Source: the human T2T-CHM13v2.0 reference genome, Homo sapiens. From it: DNA of 64,000 nt. A program made the translations under genes and the position numbers. Below, one piece after another: positions 1 to 14,988 of this stretch (position 1 is its first letter; each line of letters opens with the position of its first letter). The notes beneath the pieces are model-generated. The model ran no database searches, had not been told where the DNA came from, and saw only the letters and a list, made by a program, of their open reading frames with translations. Location of the stretch: assembly GCF_009914755.1 (NCBI RefSeq), contig NC_060930.1; one strand, 5' to 3'.

Positions 1-186
1 TAGGCTATAAACCTGTCCAGCATGTTGCTATATTGAACACCGTAGGCAACTGTAACACAAGGGTAAGTGTTTGTGTATCAAAATATAGAAAAAGCATAAT
101 AAAAATACAGTATTATAATTTTATGGGACCACCGTCTTCTACGGGGTCCGTCGTTGGCTGAAACGTTATTATGTGGTATGTGACTC
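1..186. mobile_element. Tigger3/Golem (MER7-like) DNA transposon end, truncated by the window edge
   Basis: ...tattataattttatgggaccaccgtc...gtccgtcgttggctgaaacgttattatgtggtatgtgact matches the Tigger3 terminal region. Confidence 0.75.
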
Positions 187-1239
187 TGCAACTCATGAGA
201 CATTTTACACATGGAGATAAAGACTTGGGTCAACTCTGTTTGTCTCAGATTGCATGGCTGCATAGATGAGTGGTTTTAATAAGGGACATTTAAGAAGTCA
301 ATGATTCGCTTTTAGTACTGACTGACACTTTTATCTCTTTTCTGGGAATCAGTCTAAATGGCATGAATTTGGAGTTTGTAAGAGCTGAAAAGAATAATGA
401 GAAATCTAGAAATGGAATAAGCCTTGGTAAAAGGTGAGAAACGATTCAAGCATAAGGTGAATTACTAAGGCTGGTTGCCTACTTTTATGAGCTGCACAGG
501 GAAAAGGCCACAAGGTCTGGGAAATGGAAGAAAATGAAATGCCAATAAAACAAAGGAGGTGGGCTTCCTTGTAACGTACATTCAGTGAGAGATCATAATG
601 CTCAACAAATCTGTTAAATCCTCAGACCTCTGCCCAGGGACTTTTTCACTGCCTGACCTCACCTGATCTAAAGTTCATGCAGCAGCACAGGGAGGGAGGG
701 TGAGAGGAATGCTGGGGAGGACTTGGATAGTATTCTTACTAGGAAGCCATAAAAATGCATATATTCTGGGACAGGGTGTGTGCTGTCATGCACAGAGTCA
801 CCAAAGTGTCATCAAATGAGTAGTGTCCCTATACTACCTAGTGGGAGTTGGGTTTGGGTAAGTGATGTCAATATACAGCCCTCAGGACAGGAAGAGGAAT
901 GCTTGGCACAAGACACACCATTGAGAAGAGTTTTGTAACAATCGGTTGGAAGAGCGATTGTGGCATTCCTTATAGCTCCGCTCTGGCTACCCTGCTCCTG
1001 CATATCACGGCCTTAGGAGTTACAGACGCTTGGGATCTCTGAGAAGACACATAGAAGATTCAGGTATGGACTGGCTGGCCTGTAGGCAACAGGTAGGACA
1101 AGGTAGGTTGGGGGAATGCCTGTGTAAAGAGAGAATATAGACAACCCTTCATTCATTCATTCATTTAAATGTATGCACACATCCATTCAATCACCAAATA
1201 TTTCCTCACCTGGTAAGGGCTAAGAACCTGCCTTCGGGC

Positions 1240-1500
1240 CTGAAATATAATGCCTTTCTCAGATAAGTCTTTTATACCCTTCTCCCATTTAAATTAGTCC
1301 TCCAGTTATTTCCTTAATAGCACTTTTTATCACCTGAAATTACTTGACTTATTTCTTTATATCTTCTCTGTCTCATCCACTAGAACACAAGACTCCTTAA
1401 GTCAGGAACCATATCTCTTTTGTTCACTGCTGTAGTCCCAGCACTAAAATCAATGTCCAGCACATAGTAGGGCCTCAGAAAAACCATTTTTTGAAAGAAA
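1240..1500 (+). mobile_element. L2 LINE 3' end fragment
   Basis: ctagaa...ttttgttcactgctgtagtcccagcactaaaatcaatgtccagcacatagtagg is typical of the L2 3' terminus. Confidence 0.65.
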
Positions 1501-2439
1501 ACATCATCACAGAGATGAATAGAACCTAGGCCCTTCAAGAAAAGAGTCAAAGAGAGTGTGAGAAAGCACTTAGTGGAACATAGTAAAGGAAAGAGAAAAC
1601 TAGTACAAAAATTGAATTGGTTTTCCCCTAGAGATTTAAAAAAGTACTTGGGATTAAAAGACAAATAAAACATTAGAGGAGCCATCAGTGCATTGGTTCC
1701 TTGTGCTCAAGATGAGAGGGATGTGTAGAATTAATTCTCGAGTACTTTCCAGGCCTCCTGGCCTGGGAGTCTGCTGTCTTCAGGTCCGCAATGCCAGTAC
1801 TGTCACCTGTGCTATCCCTGGACTCACCATGTTGGGGTGGAAGGGACACTTGACAGGTGCTCCGGAACCCAGCTTGACATTGACTTCTACCCGGCTGTGT
1901 GGCTTTGAGACGAGACAGTTGACTTTGGGAGCTTCAGCTTTTCTCTACCAGTAAAATGAGAATGACACTTGTACTAAGTGCCCCGCCTCCACAGTTTTGT
2001 TTTGAGGTTCTAGGTAATGTAGTACGTGTGCTTCATAAACTTTGAAACAACATACAGATGTTTGCAAATGACAGGTCACCAGGATGCTCTCCCCTGGTCA
2101 CTGCAGGGCAAGGCTTTCATGGTCTTCTTGCCTTCGCTGGGGCTAGTTACCCACAAAATGGAGTTCTGATGGTGGACTTTAAAGGAAAAACATAAGCCAT
2201 TCAGCGAGCAGCTTTGTTTACAGCCATCCATTCAAAATCACTAATGAAGAATTCATTGAGGTTTCCATGATGTTTTCTTTCTTTTTAAAGATGAGATGAC
2301 TGGGTCTCAAGAAATCCTTTTTTCCCTCCAAAGACATTCATCGAGCAGCTCTATGCCTGGAACTGTCTTAATACCAGGGAAACAAGGTCGGTAACTGCCA
2401 TCCTTGACGTCATAGCTGCCTCACGGGGAAGACACAGAA

Positions 2440-2770
2440 CATTTGGCACACTCATACTCTTATAAGGCAATGGGATCTGAGCAGTGAAAAAGTGCATGGG
2501 AGATGTGGGAACACCCAAGAGAGACACTGAAATTAGCTTGGTCATGCTGGAGGGAGGGCCTGGAAAGGCCTTCTAGAAGCTAAGCCCTGGCAAAGGGGGT
2601 AAGGAACATCCACATAGAGAGGGAAACCTGTGGGAGAGAAGAAAGAGCCTGGCCCCTCTGGGAGCCCTGAGCTGTTGTTCAGTGTGGTTGTCACTTGGGC
2701 AGTGAGGTAGGGAGTGGTAAGAGATGGGCCCAGAGAGATAACAGGGAGCAGATCATGAAGCAATTCATTC
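2440..2770 (-). mobile_element. L2 LINE fragment
   Basis: Purine-rich L2 antisense pattern (gagatgggcccagagagataacagggagcagatcatgaag). Confidence 0.5.
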
Positions 2771-3311
2771 TACCTTCAGGGTTTAATCTCATATACTCTA
2801 ATTTTCAGGCGAGAATCTAAAAGTTGCTGTGCCATTTAGTACAGCAGAGCAGGAAGTATGTGTATTTGACCTCCTTGTTAATTTCTTCCCATAGGTACCT
2901 TTCTGTAAAAAGCAGGCTCATCCCCAAAACACTGTGTTTCAATAAGCTCGATGCAGTGCAACAGTGAAGTGACTCCTTTCTTAGCAGCTGGGTTGGAAAT
3001 GCCTCTGTGTCCCTCCAGACCTGCTCTCTAGCCTCACCACTCTGCTTGGGGCCTGGAGGCTGACAGTGGGAATAGCATCAAGGGGCTCCCTGCCCTCTGG
3101 CTGCATTAGGATCAGAAGTCCTAATGCACGCGAAGTTGGGTATTTATTGCCTTGGCCCCATCCCTACCAGGCCACTCTGGGTTGGCTGCATCCCTTTTCC
3201 AAAGGTCATCCTCCTTCCAGTGACTCTTTTTGGGTAAAGGGTCAGATCTAAGTAAAGGGTCCTTGTAGTTGTTCTCCCATGTATAGGCCTCAATTATCTC
3301 TTGTTGGTGCC

Positions 3312-3666
3312 TGATGTGGTTTGGCTGTGTACCCACCCAAATCTCATCTTGAATTGTAGCTCTCATAATTCCCACCTGTCATGGCAGGGACCCAGTGGGA
3401 GGTAATTGAATCATGGGGGTAGGTCTTTCCCGTGCTAGTAAATAAGTCTTAGGATATCTGATAGTTTTATAGAGGGGAGTTCCCCTACACAAGCTCTGTC
3501 TTGCCTGCCACCATGTAAGACATGACCATGCTCCTCATTCACCTTCCACCATGATTGTGAGGCCTCCCCAGCCATGTGGAACTGTGAGTCAATTAAACCT
3601 CTTTCCTTTATAAATTACTCAGTCTTGGGTATGTCTTTATTAGCAGCATGAGAACAGACTAACACA
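3312..3666 (+). mobile_element. THE1-type MaLR solo LTR
   Basis: Starts tgatgtggtttggctgtgt...cccaaatctcatcttgaattgtagc and ends agcagcatgagaacagactaacaca; 5-bp TSD GTGCC at 3307-3311 and 3667-3671. Confidence 0.92.
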
Positions 3667-4465
3667 GTGCCTTTAACCCTGATCATGCCCTGAGATCCTG
3701 ACACACCATCATTGATTTCCCCAGCATCACTGGATTCTTTGGTGTAACAGGAATGCAGGGTGGTCAGAATCCTTGGTACCATTGAATAAAGCTACCCAGA
3801 TGGTGAGGAGCACTAGGTTAGGAGTCAGGAAACCCAGCTTCTACTCCCAGCTTGGCCAATGATTAGCTGTGTGACCTCAGGCAGGTAAAAATCCTGCCAT
3901 GCATTCATTCTGATGAAAGGACATTGTAGCCTAAGAAGGTAGTGATGTCTGCAAATGGAAAGGGTAGAATTGTCTGCTCCAGCTTTTTGTGAGGGTGCCT
4001 TAAGGGCCACTTTGGGGTCAAGAAGGACACAGCCAGGATAAGCCAGAGAAGGCCTTCTTTAAACTTTTTTTTCTATAGTGAGGCTCCACACATGATTTAG
4101 TTGACATAACAAAGAATTCCTTGCCACCAGGAAACATTTGAAAACAACTGGGCTCAATGAAGTTATGAAGTCCTGTTTGGTTTTCAGAGCTGAGATTTCC
4201 TCTGTGCTCATTCACTGGGTGGAGACCCTGGTAAGGTAAGACCCTGCATTCCACAAGTACAGCAGCTAGTAGCTAAACCACTTGTGGGGTCACTTAATTG
4301 CTTTGATTATAAAGAGGCAGTAAATGTGACCTTGCCCAACTTAAAGGAGTCTTGTGCAGGGACAGAAGACCCTGGGGTCATATTATTTGTACACAATTCC
4401 AGGATAGCATTAACCTGAGTCATTTTCCATGAACTACTCACATGTATCAGTGGCAGTGTGTCTCA

Positions 4466-4663
4466 CTTGAAAGTCAGTGTGCCTCTTGTGTTGCCCATGG
4501 AACTGGAGACCTGATACTCTTTCACTGGCAGCCACTGGAAGATGCTGAGAATAGCAACATGAGTGGCACTGTGGACTTAACCCAAGCATTTGACCCCATT
4601 AACTTAGTTGGTATGTGGGAAGCTCTGCAAAATGTTTGCTTCCTAGAGACACTTATTAACATC
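4466..4663 (+). mobile_element. Fossil RTE-clade LINE reverse transcriptase fragment (MamRTE1/L4-like)
   Basis: Translation LESQCASCVAHGTGDLIL...TVDLTQAFDPINLVGMWEALQNVCFLETLINI parallels the RTE RT motifs LPESQCGFRxGRGTxDMIF...FVDLTKAFDTVNRxGLWxILxKxGCPxKFIxII. Confidence 0.65.
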
Positions 4664-4992
4664 ACTTCTCACTCTACAAAACCTTTCCTGATAATTGTCC
4701 TGCCAGAAGTTATGGCCCCTCCCTCTGAACTCAACATTCAGCATGCTTTTCTGCTGCCCTTTAAAGTTAGATTCCAGTTGGTGTGCACACCTAAGCTCTA
4801 TCTCTTCTGCTAAACTGTGGTCTCCATTGGAGAAAGAAACATGTTGTACACATGTCTATATTCTCTACAGTGCCTTATAGACAGATGAAATCCAGAAAAT
4901 GTTTATTGATTTGTTAGCTGACAGTCAGGGTTGACCTGTGAGGGAACTATAAGATAGATTTTTGTATCGTTGTTATAATCACAACACCAAAG

Positions 4993-5820
4993 TCTTAGCC
5001 TGTTCAGCCTGCCATAACAAAATCCTATAGATTGCGTGGCTTAAATAACAACAAAATAATTATTTTTCACAGTTCTGGAAGCTGGGAAATCCAAGATCAA
5101 GATGCCGGCTAATTTGATTGCTGTGGGGGCCTTCTTCCTGGTGTGCAGATGGCTGCCTTCCGGCTCTGTCCTCACTTGGTAGACAGAGGGAGAAGGAGAG
5201 GGAGAGAGAGAGAGAATATCTCTCTTCCTCTTGTTATAAATCCCCCAATCCTATTGGATTAGGGCTACACTCTTATGACTTCATTTAACCTTAATTATTT
5301 CCTAAAAGCACTATCTCCAGATACAGTCACATTGAGGATTAGGATTTCAACATATGAATTGGTGAGCACAATTTAGTCAACTGCATTCTGTCCCTGGCCC
5401 CCCAAAGTTCATGGCCTTCTCACATGCAATATGCATTTATTCCACCCCAACAGCCCTAAAAGTCTTAACTCATTCCAGTGTCAATTCTAAAGTCTAAAGT
5501 CCAAAGTCCCATCTAAATATCATCTATATCAGGTAAGGGTGAGGCCTGAGGTGTGACTCAACCTGAGGCAAAATTCCTTCGCAGCTGTGAACCTGTGAAA
5601 TCAGACACATTACATGCTTCCAAAATGTAATGTTGGGATAGGCATAGGATAAACATTACAAAAAGGAGAAATTGGAAAGAAGAGAGGGGTGATGGGTCCC
5701 AAGCAAGTCCAAAACCTAGCAAGGCAAATTTTATTAGATCTTAAGGTCTGAGAATAGTCCTTTTTAGTTTGATATCCCACCTTCTTAGCCTGCTGGGGTG
5801 GCAGTTCTGCCCCCATGACT
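4993..5820 (-). mobile_element. MLT1-type MaLR LTR (about 4993-5385) plus adjacent MaLR internal sequence (about 5386-5820)
   Basis: gccataacaaaatc...tcacagttctggaagctgggaaatccaagatcaagatgccggc (MLT1 LTR antisense), then the MLT-int signature cccaacagccctaaaagtcttaactcattccagt...caagtccaaaacctagcaaggc. Confidence 0.75.
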
Positions 5821-5829
5821 CTGCCAAGT

Positions 5830-5993
5830 CAGGTTTTCAATTGATTAAGTCTCAGCCACGTTAGGGAGGGCAATCTATTTTTTCTCAGTCCACTAATTCA
5901 AATGTTAAGCTCACAGATACACTCAGGATAATGTTTGATCAACTATCTGGGCCTCCTATGGCCCAGTCAAGTTGACATGAATTAACCATCACA
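5830..5993 (-). mobile_element. MLT2-type ERVL LTR terminal fragment
   Basis: gagggcaatct...gtccactaattcaaatgttaa...ggcccagtcaagttgacatgaattaaccatcaca matches the MLT2 terminus. Confidence 0.7.
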
Positions 5994-8294
5994 AGGGGCT
6001 TTAGGAATCATCTGATCCAGCCATCTCTCCAAAGCATGAATCCCTGTGGCTACTTGCCATTAAAAAACCTGAGGAGATTCATGCCACGCTTAACTATTAT
6101 CCTTGTTTTAGCAGGGTTCTATTAAATTGCCTTCAAAGGTTAAGTTTAGATTAAAATTAGAAAGAGTATGAAATCACAGCATAAGCATTTTGAGAACAAA
6201 GGCTGCTGCTGACTTCTCAAGTTCCTCCCTTGCGCTTTGTGGTGCTGGCCCAGCCAATAGTGTGAGCACAGGAGGGCAGATCCTTTCCAGGTCAAGACAA
6301 ATGGGGTTTCTGCCAGACTCCGACCTCTGGCAGGCTCAGTGCAGCTGCAGCCACTGGCAGAGGGGGAATGACCTGGGGAGAAAGCTAAAGGCCAGTCTCA
6401 GTCTATGAGGCTTGGGTTCTGAATACAGAGGGTCAGTACCTAGGGTCCAAGGCTCTCCCCTTCCCAGGTAGCAGCATGACTCTTCTGCCCCCATGGCTAG
6501 AACTGCTCTGTAGCCTGGAAGTGCTGATGTGCAGGATTCTGTCTGCCTTTCTAGGCTGCATTTGACATCCATTTGAATCTTGTTTCACTCTTGTCAAAAT
6601 GTTGGGAGGAGGAAGAGACACACAACAGGATTGACTCTGACATTAAGTACTCTCCCCACCCCCACTGATGCTTTCCAGGTGGTGTTTTAGGAGAACATTG
6701 TCTCCTTTCCTGATTGTCATCACTAAGACCTGAGACACCCTTTTCCAGCTTCTCTGACAATTAGCCTCAGCATCCTGTGGAAGCTGTAGAGCTCTATAAA
6801 TATTCTCATTCCTGATATTATCTCTGTAAAAAAGGTGATATCATTTTGGCTAGGAAAAGTCAGAATTGCTTTGAAATTTTGGTAAAAACATTAAGAAAAA
6901 TCCCCAAATTGAAATGTAGATCAATGGAAGTAGTTTTCTAGATTCACCAGTTTTCTATGGTGATAATATTACTGTTTGACCAGTATCTCCAGTGCTGCCC
7001 TTACAACATCGTACTCATGACGTTAATAAGCACGTAAGTCAGGTAATATAGTTTAATTTGAATGGTCAAGTGAGAAAGGCCCACCTTGCTCTTTATAGCA
7101 ATCTCTGCAGTGGTTCTGTTTTGTAAATAGGGAATATTAAAATTTACCAGAAGTTAGCTGGGGCAAGGTAGGCATCCCATTAAAGATACCAAAATTCCCC
7201 AATGGGCAGAGTTGCAGGGAAAATAATATCTGCCCTTTAGAATAGGAGGCAATAGTGAAAACCCCACCCCTGGGCTAGCAATTTGAGGAACTTCACCATC
7301 AGGACATTGATGGCTAAACTCTGGGTCTAACTCCTGGGTGTTTCTATGTATCTATGATGGGATTCATCTCACATCCATGCACTCTCTCCAGCGACGTCTC
7401 CATCCATATATGCATCTTTGTTCTTGAGAGGGAAGTGTAGAATAGGAGCTTGGAAGTGAATCCCTATGCACAAGACCCTGCTTTTCCTCTGAACCAGGCA
7501 ACCTTGGGGAAGACATGGAGTTTCTCCCTGAAACTCTTCTCCTCATCTGGAAAGTTGGGTCATGTGAACAGGGTTGTTAGGACAATTAAATTATATAATT
7601 ATTCAAATATTCTTTTTAGGCTACTGTGTATTTTACAAATGAAAGGTATTGTTAAGATCAAACAAAACAAGGTAGACTTTTTGCACTCATCTGAATGCTT
7701 CACCCTCTGATTCACTGTAGGCAGCACCAATGCCCTATTACTTTTTAAAGTGGTTTCCATTCATGTTTAAGTCACTAGTTTCCATTCCAGCAATAGGTCA
7801 GTGAGTTAGGGGCAGCTAAAAATATAACTGCCTGAACGAAACAAAGAATCCTCCATCTTGACTTTTACTCTTTGTTTCCTTTTTGTTTTAGAAAACCACT
7901 TGAGTTGGCCAACAAGCACCCAAGTGTGATAGAAGGATGGTGGGTTTCACATCTCACTCCCATCAACCATAAATGTGTAGCATCACACAAGCTCTCTGAG
8001 CCTGCCTGCAGGTGAGTTACCTCACAGCAAAAATTTAAATAATAACATTCACACTGCAGTTTCTTCTGAAAACCCCTGTTACATAGTAAGGGTGTTCATC
8101 CTGCCTTACAAAATATACTGATGCCAAGTCCAAGATCAGAAATGTGCTCTTAATCTAAATTTAGGAAGATTAAACAAAGTTGGTGAGCATCCAGAAAGGT
8201 CAAAATAAAACTTGAGTTTGCAATATAATGATAACCTTGGAGTATTTCAGACTGTCAGCTCCCTTAAGTGGCACACAGGTTGTTGTTTGATTGG

Positions 8295-8475
8295 TGTGAT
8301 GTCAGACAAACCTGGATTCAAGACCGGGTTCTTCTCCTACCAGCTCTGTGATCTTGGAAAAGGGACTGGATCTCTGAAACTCAGGTTCCTTTCATGTGAA
8401 ATAGACCCATATCAAGTCTCTCCTCAAGCTGTCCATGTGAGGATTAGATGAAGCATCTGGCTACTGTTATTATTG
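8295..8475 (+). mobile_element. MIR SINE
   Basis: agacaaacctggattcaag...cagctctgtgatcttggaaaag...ctcaggttcctttcatgtgaaat MIR core. Confidence 0.6.
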
Positions 8476-8499
8476 TGGAGGAACATTAGCTCAAGCCAC

Positions 8500-9082
8500 C
8501 TGCAGCAGACAGACCCTAAAGTGACCCCCAGATCCCCTTGCCTTCTGGCATTCATGCCTTATATATAATCCCTTCGAGTGTGAATGGGATCTATGGCTTG
8601 TTTCTAGCTAACAGAACATAGTAAAGGAAAGATTTTCTGCAGATGTTATCAAGGCCTAAATCAGTTGCTTTTGAATTAAACAAAAGAGATGCTATCCTGG
8701 GTGGCCTTACTGGGTGAAAGCTGCTAGAAAAGAGATTCTTGCTAGTCCTAAAAAAGCAAGCTACTATCATGTGAATTTCCTGTGAAGAGGGCCAGTTGGC
8801 ACTGTACCATAGGCAGCCTCTAGGGGCTGAGGGCCTCAATCCTAAAACTGCAAGAAACTGAATTCTACCAACACCCACCAGAGCTTGGAAGAAGACTCAG
8901 AACTACAGACAAGGATGCAGTCCTAGCTGACACCTTGACTGTAGCCTGTGAGATACAGAGCAGAGGACCCAGCTAAGCCATTGTCAGATTCCTGACACGT
9001 AGAAACTGTGAGATAAGAAAGGTATTTGTTTTAAACTGCTAAATTTGTGGTAAGTTGTTACACAGCAAAGCAAACTAATATA
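8500..9082 (+). mobile_element. MLT1E/F-type MaLR LTR
   Basis: ggcagcctctaggggctgagggcctc...gcaagaaactgaattctacc...agaaactgtgagataag...aaatttgtggtaagttgttacacagcaaagcaaactaata. Confidence 0.8.
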
Positions 9083-11711
9083 CCCCTATTTCTGGAAATC
9101 ATTTCCTAGAGACAGGCTTGTATTGGAGGAAGATGGGGTTTCCTCACGTCCCATCTACAGAACTGATGAATGTAGGGATGAGGGAAGGAAAAGAAAGCTT
9201 CCTCAGATACATCTGGGAGTGGGTATGTGTGAGCAGAGGGTTGCTATAGTAGAAAGAGAGGTTAATGAGACAGAATGTGAGGAGCTCAACACTGATACTT
9301 GACAGCCTTGTCAAACACAGCTATTGGTTGAAACTGTGTGAATCCGTAACAAGATTTTTAAAAAATTAGACTTTAATTGTTATGTTGTGGATTTGTGCAT
9401 ACCATCTACTTCCTAAAAGACTTTAGGGGCACTCGAAATCAAAACAACTTACGATCATAGCAAAAATAATTAACAAGAGGAAAGATGGGCATTAGAATAA
9501 GGTTGATAAAGGGCAGCGATGGAAGAGAAAGTTGTATCAAGAGTTCCAGAGGCTGTGAGGCAAGCCCCTTCCCCACTCTCAGGCCATTCTAACCTACCAT
9601 CTTCAATGGTATCAGGTGCTCACACCTATAAAGCCCACCTCTAAATCTGACTCTGCCTTGGGGACCTTGTCCTGCATTCCTGCACATCCTGTGGGATACA
9701 CTGTGATGCCCCACACGTAGGAGATGCTCAGCAGATGTCTAGTGAAATGAATTGTTGACCCAGCTCATTTCTAACAGGCAGCCTTTCCAGAGAATGACAG
9801 CGAATGTGTACTCTCTGTGTTTGAAGACTGTGTGATGTTAATTGAAGTGCCTGCAAGTCAAAATAAGAATGACCGTTTATTTTAAAAAAATATTTTAATG
9901 GGGATCCTGAAAGTGAAAACAAATCCTTCACGGAGAGATTCTTTATTGAAGAGAATTTTAGAAAGACCACAGAATTCAGTCCTGCCCCACTGTGAATTCA
10001 ATTCCCTGGGTAAACTACATAGCGTGTGTTTATGCCTAACAGATACATATGCATCATATGCATGGGTGGCCTGTATGTGAATGCAGAAATACCTGTGTAT
10101 TTACACTCCAGTATATCTGCTGTAAGTCTGTATCAGTGTTTCTCCACCCTATTTTCATTATCACCTCCCTCAAGGACGCTTTGTAAACATGTTTTCCCTA
10201 ATCACCCCTTATATAGACTTAATACCACAGATACACTGTATATCTATTTAAGGGCTGTATGTATATATTTATGCCTTATATAAAAAGAGTGTAATTTTGT
10301 ACCCCATATGAACCAATTTTATTACTTTTGGGGTGATAATTACCCCCCTGCCTTGAGAATACATGGTCTATATGTGCATCTGTGTGTGTGTGCATATGTG
10401 TGCCTGTGTGTGCACACACACACAGACACACAAACACAAGCTAACTGGGCAGAGGTCTGAAAAGCATTTTGAGATATTTGAGGAGAGGTTTCCCATCAAT
10501 AACCAAGAAAGCAGTTCTGGTCCAGTGATTCTTGTAGGAAACAGATGCTAGCAATTAGAAAACTGGAAAACTCCAGTTGGTCCTGAAGCACACTGGGCAT
10601 GACCTGTTTTCCAAATCTTCAGAGATGGGGGAGATTTTATAAGGCCATATGAGCAGAAAACATCTAATTGTTCATAAGAGGAAAATTTCTGAAATTCTAA
10701 TGTCTACATTGCCATTGCAAACTATGAAGTTCTCACATCTATTTTAAAGTAACTGAGCAAAATACATTTTGGACAAAAGGGAACCATTAGCATGTTTAAT
10801 ATTTTATAAATATGATCACTATGGTAGGCAAGACTTTATTCAACAATCAATCAAGCTCTGAAACTCTCATTTGCACCTCGAAATGCTTAGCTTTACAAAA
10901 AGAGTTGTAGGAAATGTGGAAGTAAAGATCAATGCATCTGCTTTCAAATATCTTCAATCCAATTTTGTTACAACATAAACCAGATAAATATCTGAGGACC
11001 TCAAATCTGTGTGAGTTACATCAACCACAGGACATGGGAGAGAAAACCCCTCTCTTGCTACTCTGAGTAACTGTAGCACTACAAAAACACAGCATCATTC
11101 AATCACATTTCTAACCCTGACAAACTTTCACATAACAGAGGTACTGACCACTTTCACCTTTCCTTTTTAAATAAAACTGTAAACTAAGGAGAAGGTAAAA
11201 ACAAGGGCCACTAGAGTGGGAACAGATTTGCTAACAACTGCGATTGGTTAGTGTACACTTACTATGTGCCCAGTACTATGTGTTGGGCCCAAATACATGA
11301 ATTCTTTCTATAGCAAGCCCTGCGGAAATCATTCAGCCTCTGTTAAAATACATCCGTTCATGGGAAGCTCACCACCTTTCTCAAGATACCCCATTGCTCT
11401 GTTGGGGAAGTTTTATTTTAAGAAAGTTCTTTGATGTGTTAAGCTAAAGTTGGCTTCTCCACTTAAAATCTTAAAATCAGCCCTCAGCTTTTTTCCTGAG
11501 ATTGACATAAATAAGTTGAATTATTTCTCCATGTGGTTCACTAAAGGCAGGGCTCATGGTCAGCAGATATCCCCACCAAGACCACATCTTCAGTGAAGGC
11601 TGACCAGATGGGAATTCAACAGGCTGAGGGTAAGGATAACAGTTAACTGTCTTACATGTTGTTGCTCAGGTAGTGAATGTCATGAGTATTAAATTGGGCA
11701 TTTATTTACCC

Positions 11712-12098
11712 GTTGATGATAGACTGGATAAAGAAAATGTGGTACATATACACCATGGAATACTATGCAGTCATAAAAATGAATGAGATCATGTCTTTTG
11801 CAGGGACATGGATGAAGCTGGAAGCCATTGTCCTCAGCAAACTAACACAGGAACAGAAAACCAAACACCACATGTTCTCACTCATAAGTGGGAGTTAAAC
11901 AACGAAAACACATGGACACAGGGAGGGGAACAACGCACACCAGGGCATGTTGCAGGGTGAGGGGTGAGGGGAGGGAATTCAGAGGATGGGTCAATAGTTG
12001 CAGCAAACCACCATGGCACATGTATACCTATGGAACAAACCTGCACGTTCTGCACGTGTATCCCGGGACTTAAAGTAAAAAATAAAAATAAAAATAAA
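11712..12098 (+). mobile_element. 5'-truncated primate L1 (L1PA7-10 age) 3' end
   Basis: ORF2 C-terminus (DWIKKMWYIYTMEYYA...HMFSLISGS), 3' UTR and A-rich tail; diverged TSD aaattgggcatttatttaccc (11691-11711) / aaattgggcatgtattaccc (12099-12118). Confidence 0.92.
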
Positions 12099-12599
12099 AA
12101 ATTGGGCATGTATTACCCAACACCATGTCTCATGAGTGGTGAAAGAAGCAGATAAATCTGGGCAAGTAAAGGAAGTCCACTGTGTACAGTGCCCACAGAC
12201 CTACAGAGACAGAGGGTGCCCAGTGCCTACACCTTTGACCTCCCTCCAACCACTGCTGAAGCTTCCTTGACACTTCCTATCCTTGACAGTTGGTTACAAT
12301 TATGTCTGCTCTTGCCCTCACCCATTCACTCTCTCACCAGAAAATAATTAAAGGGAACTAATATATTTATAAATAACAGTCCTTTTCCTTTTTAAATTTT
12401 CATATAAACTTGGGAAATGTACAGTGAACAAGTACTATTAGTATATTCTCAATATTCAAGCCTATTATAGTGTCCAGGAAAAGGGATGGGAAGAAAGAAT
12501 TAAAGAAAGAAATGTTTTTTTTAAAAAAAACCTCAAGGTGGCCAGGAACACTGTTCCTTCACCCCAGATACCAGGCAGGCCCCTTTGGCCACTCCTTAG

Positions 12600-12805
12600 G
12601 AGAGATGATAGGTTAGGAACATGTATAAGCTGTGTGGCCTTGAACAAGCCACTTAACCATTAGTGCCTCAGTTTCCTCATCTATACAATCCTAATAATAG
12701 TATTTAATACATAGAGTTGTGGGGATTAAATAATAAATTCACATAAAGCTATTAGAGCACACATAGTAAGCATTTAGTCAATGTTAGCTGTCATTACTAT
12801 TATTC
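12600..12805 (+). mobile_element. MIR SINE
   Basis: agctgtgtggccttgaacaagccacttaacc...gcctcagtttcctcatctata core. Confidence 0.75.
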
Positions 12806-13196
12806 TTTTCCCTTGAAGGAGGCTTTCAGAAATTTTTATAACTTGATTTCACTCAGTGAGAAGCCTTCAATTTGGTAACAGAAGAGGGGATGGAGAGGGA
12901 GGAGAAAGAACTCACAGTGTGATCTGCTTTACGCAGGCCTCCCAAGGCTGGCCCAGCAACTCAAGATAATTCTGTGTTCATACAAGCCCTACCTACAATA
13001 CTGGGTTGACATTTCTGTTTTCTCTATTAAAAGCATCCCAAATAATGTACTGAAGTTGTAAAATAAATCTTTGGTGCTAAATATCCTAATGAGACATTTA
13101 GAAGCACTCAAATTAGGTGTTACAATTAATATCATAGGATCTATAAGATTCAAAAGAAAATTCCATTTATTTTTTTTCTAAAGAGATAATAATCTG

Positions 13197-13607
13197 AGAC
13201 TGGATAAAGAAATGTGGTACACATACACCATGGAATACTATGCAGCCATAAAAAGGAATGAGACCATGTCCTTTGCGGGGACATGGAAGCTCAAAGCCAT
13301 TATCCTCAGCAAGCTAACACAGAAACAGAAGACCAAATGCCATATGTTCTCACGTATAAGTGGGAGCTGAATAATGAGAACACATGGACACAGGAAGTGG
13401 AACAACACACACACACTGGGGACTGTTGAGGGCTGGGGTGGGGGGAGAGAGAGCATTAGGAAAAATAGCTAATGCATGCTGGGCTTCATACCCAGGTAAT
13501 GGGTTGATAGGTGCAGCAAACCACCATGGCACATGTTTACCTATGTAACAAACCTGCACATCCTGCACATGTACCCCAGAACTAAAAAAAAAAAAAAAAT
13601 AGAAATG
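13197..13607 (+). mobile_element. 5'-truncated primate L1 (L1PA8-11 age) 3' end
   Basis: ORF2 end, 3' UTR and poly(A); TSD aaagagataataatctg (13180-13196) / aaagaaataatgatctg (13608-13624). Confidence 0.92.
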
Positions 13608-13661
13608 AAAGAAATAATGATCTGGGCTCTTTTTTGCAAACCACGGAACTCACTCTAGCTA

Positions 13662-14988
<1,327 letters not shown>

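Noticed and set aside
10370-10437. (TG)n followed by (CA)n, a potential hairpin or Z-DNA tract
   Set aside because: Common degenerate dinucleotide repeat; nothing suggests a miRNA or other function.
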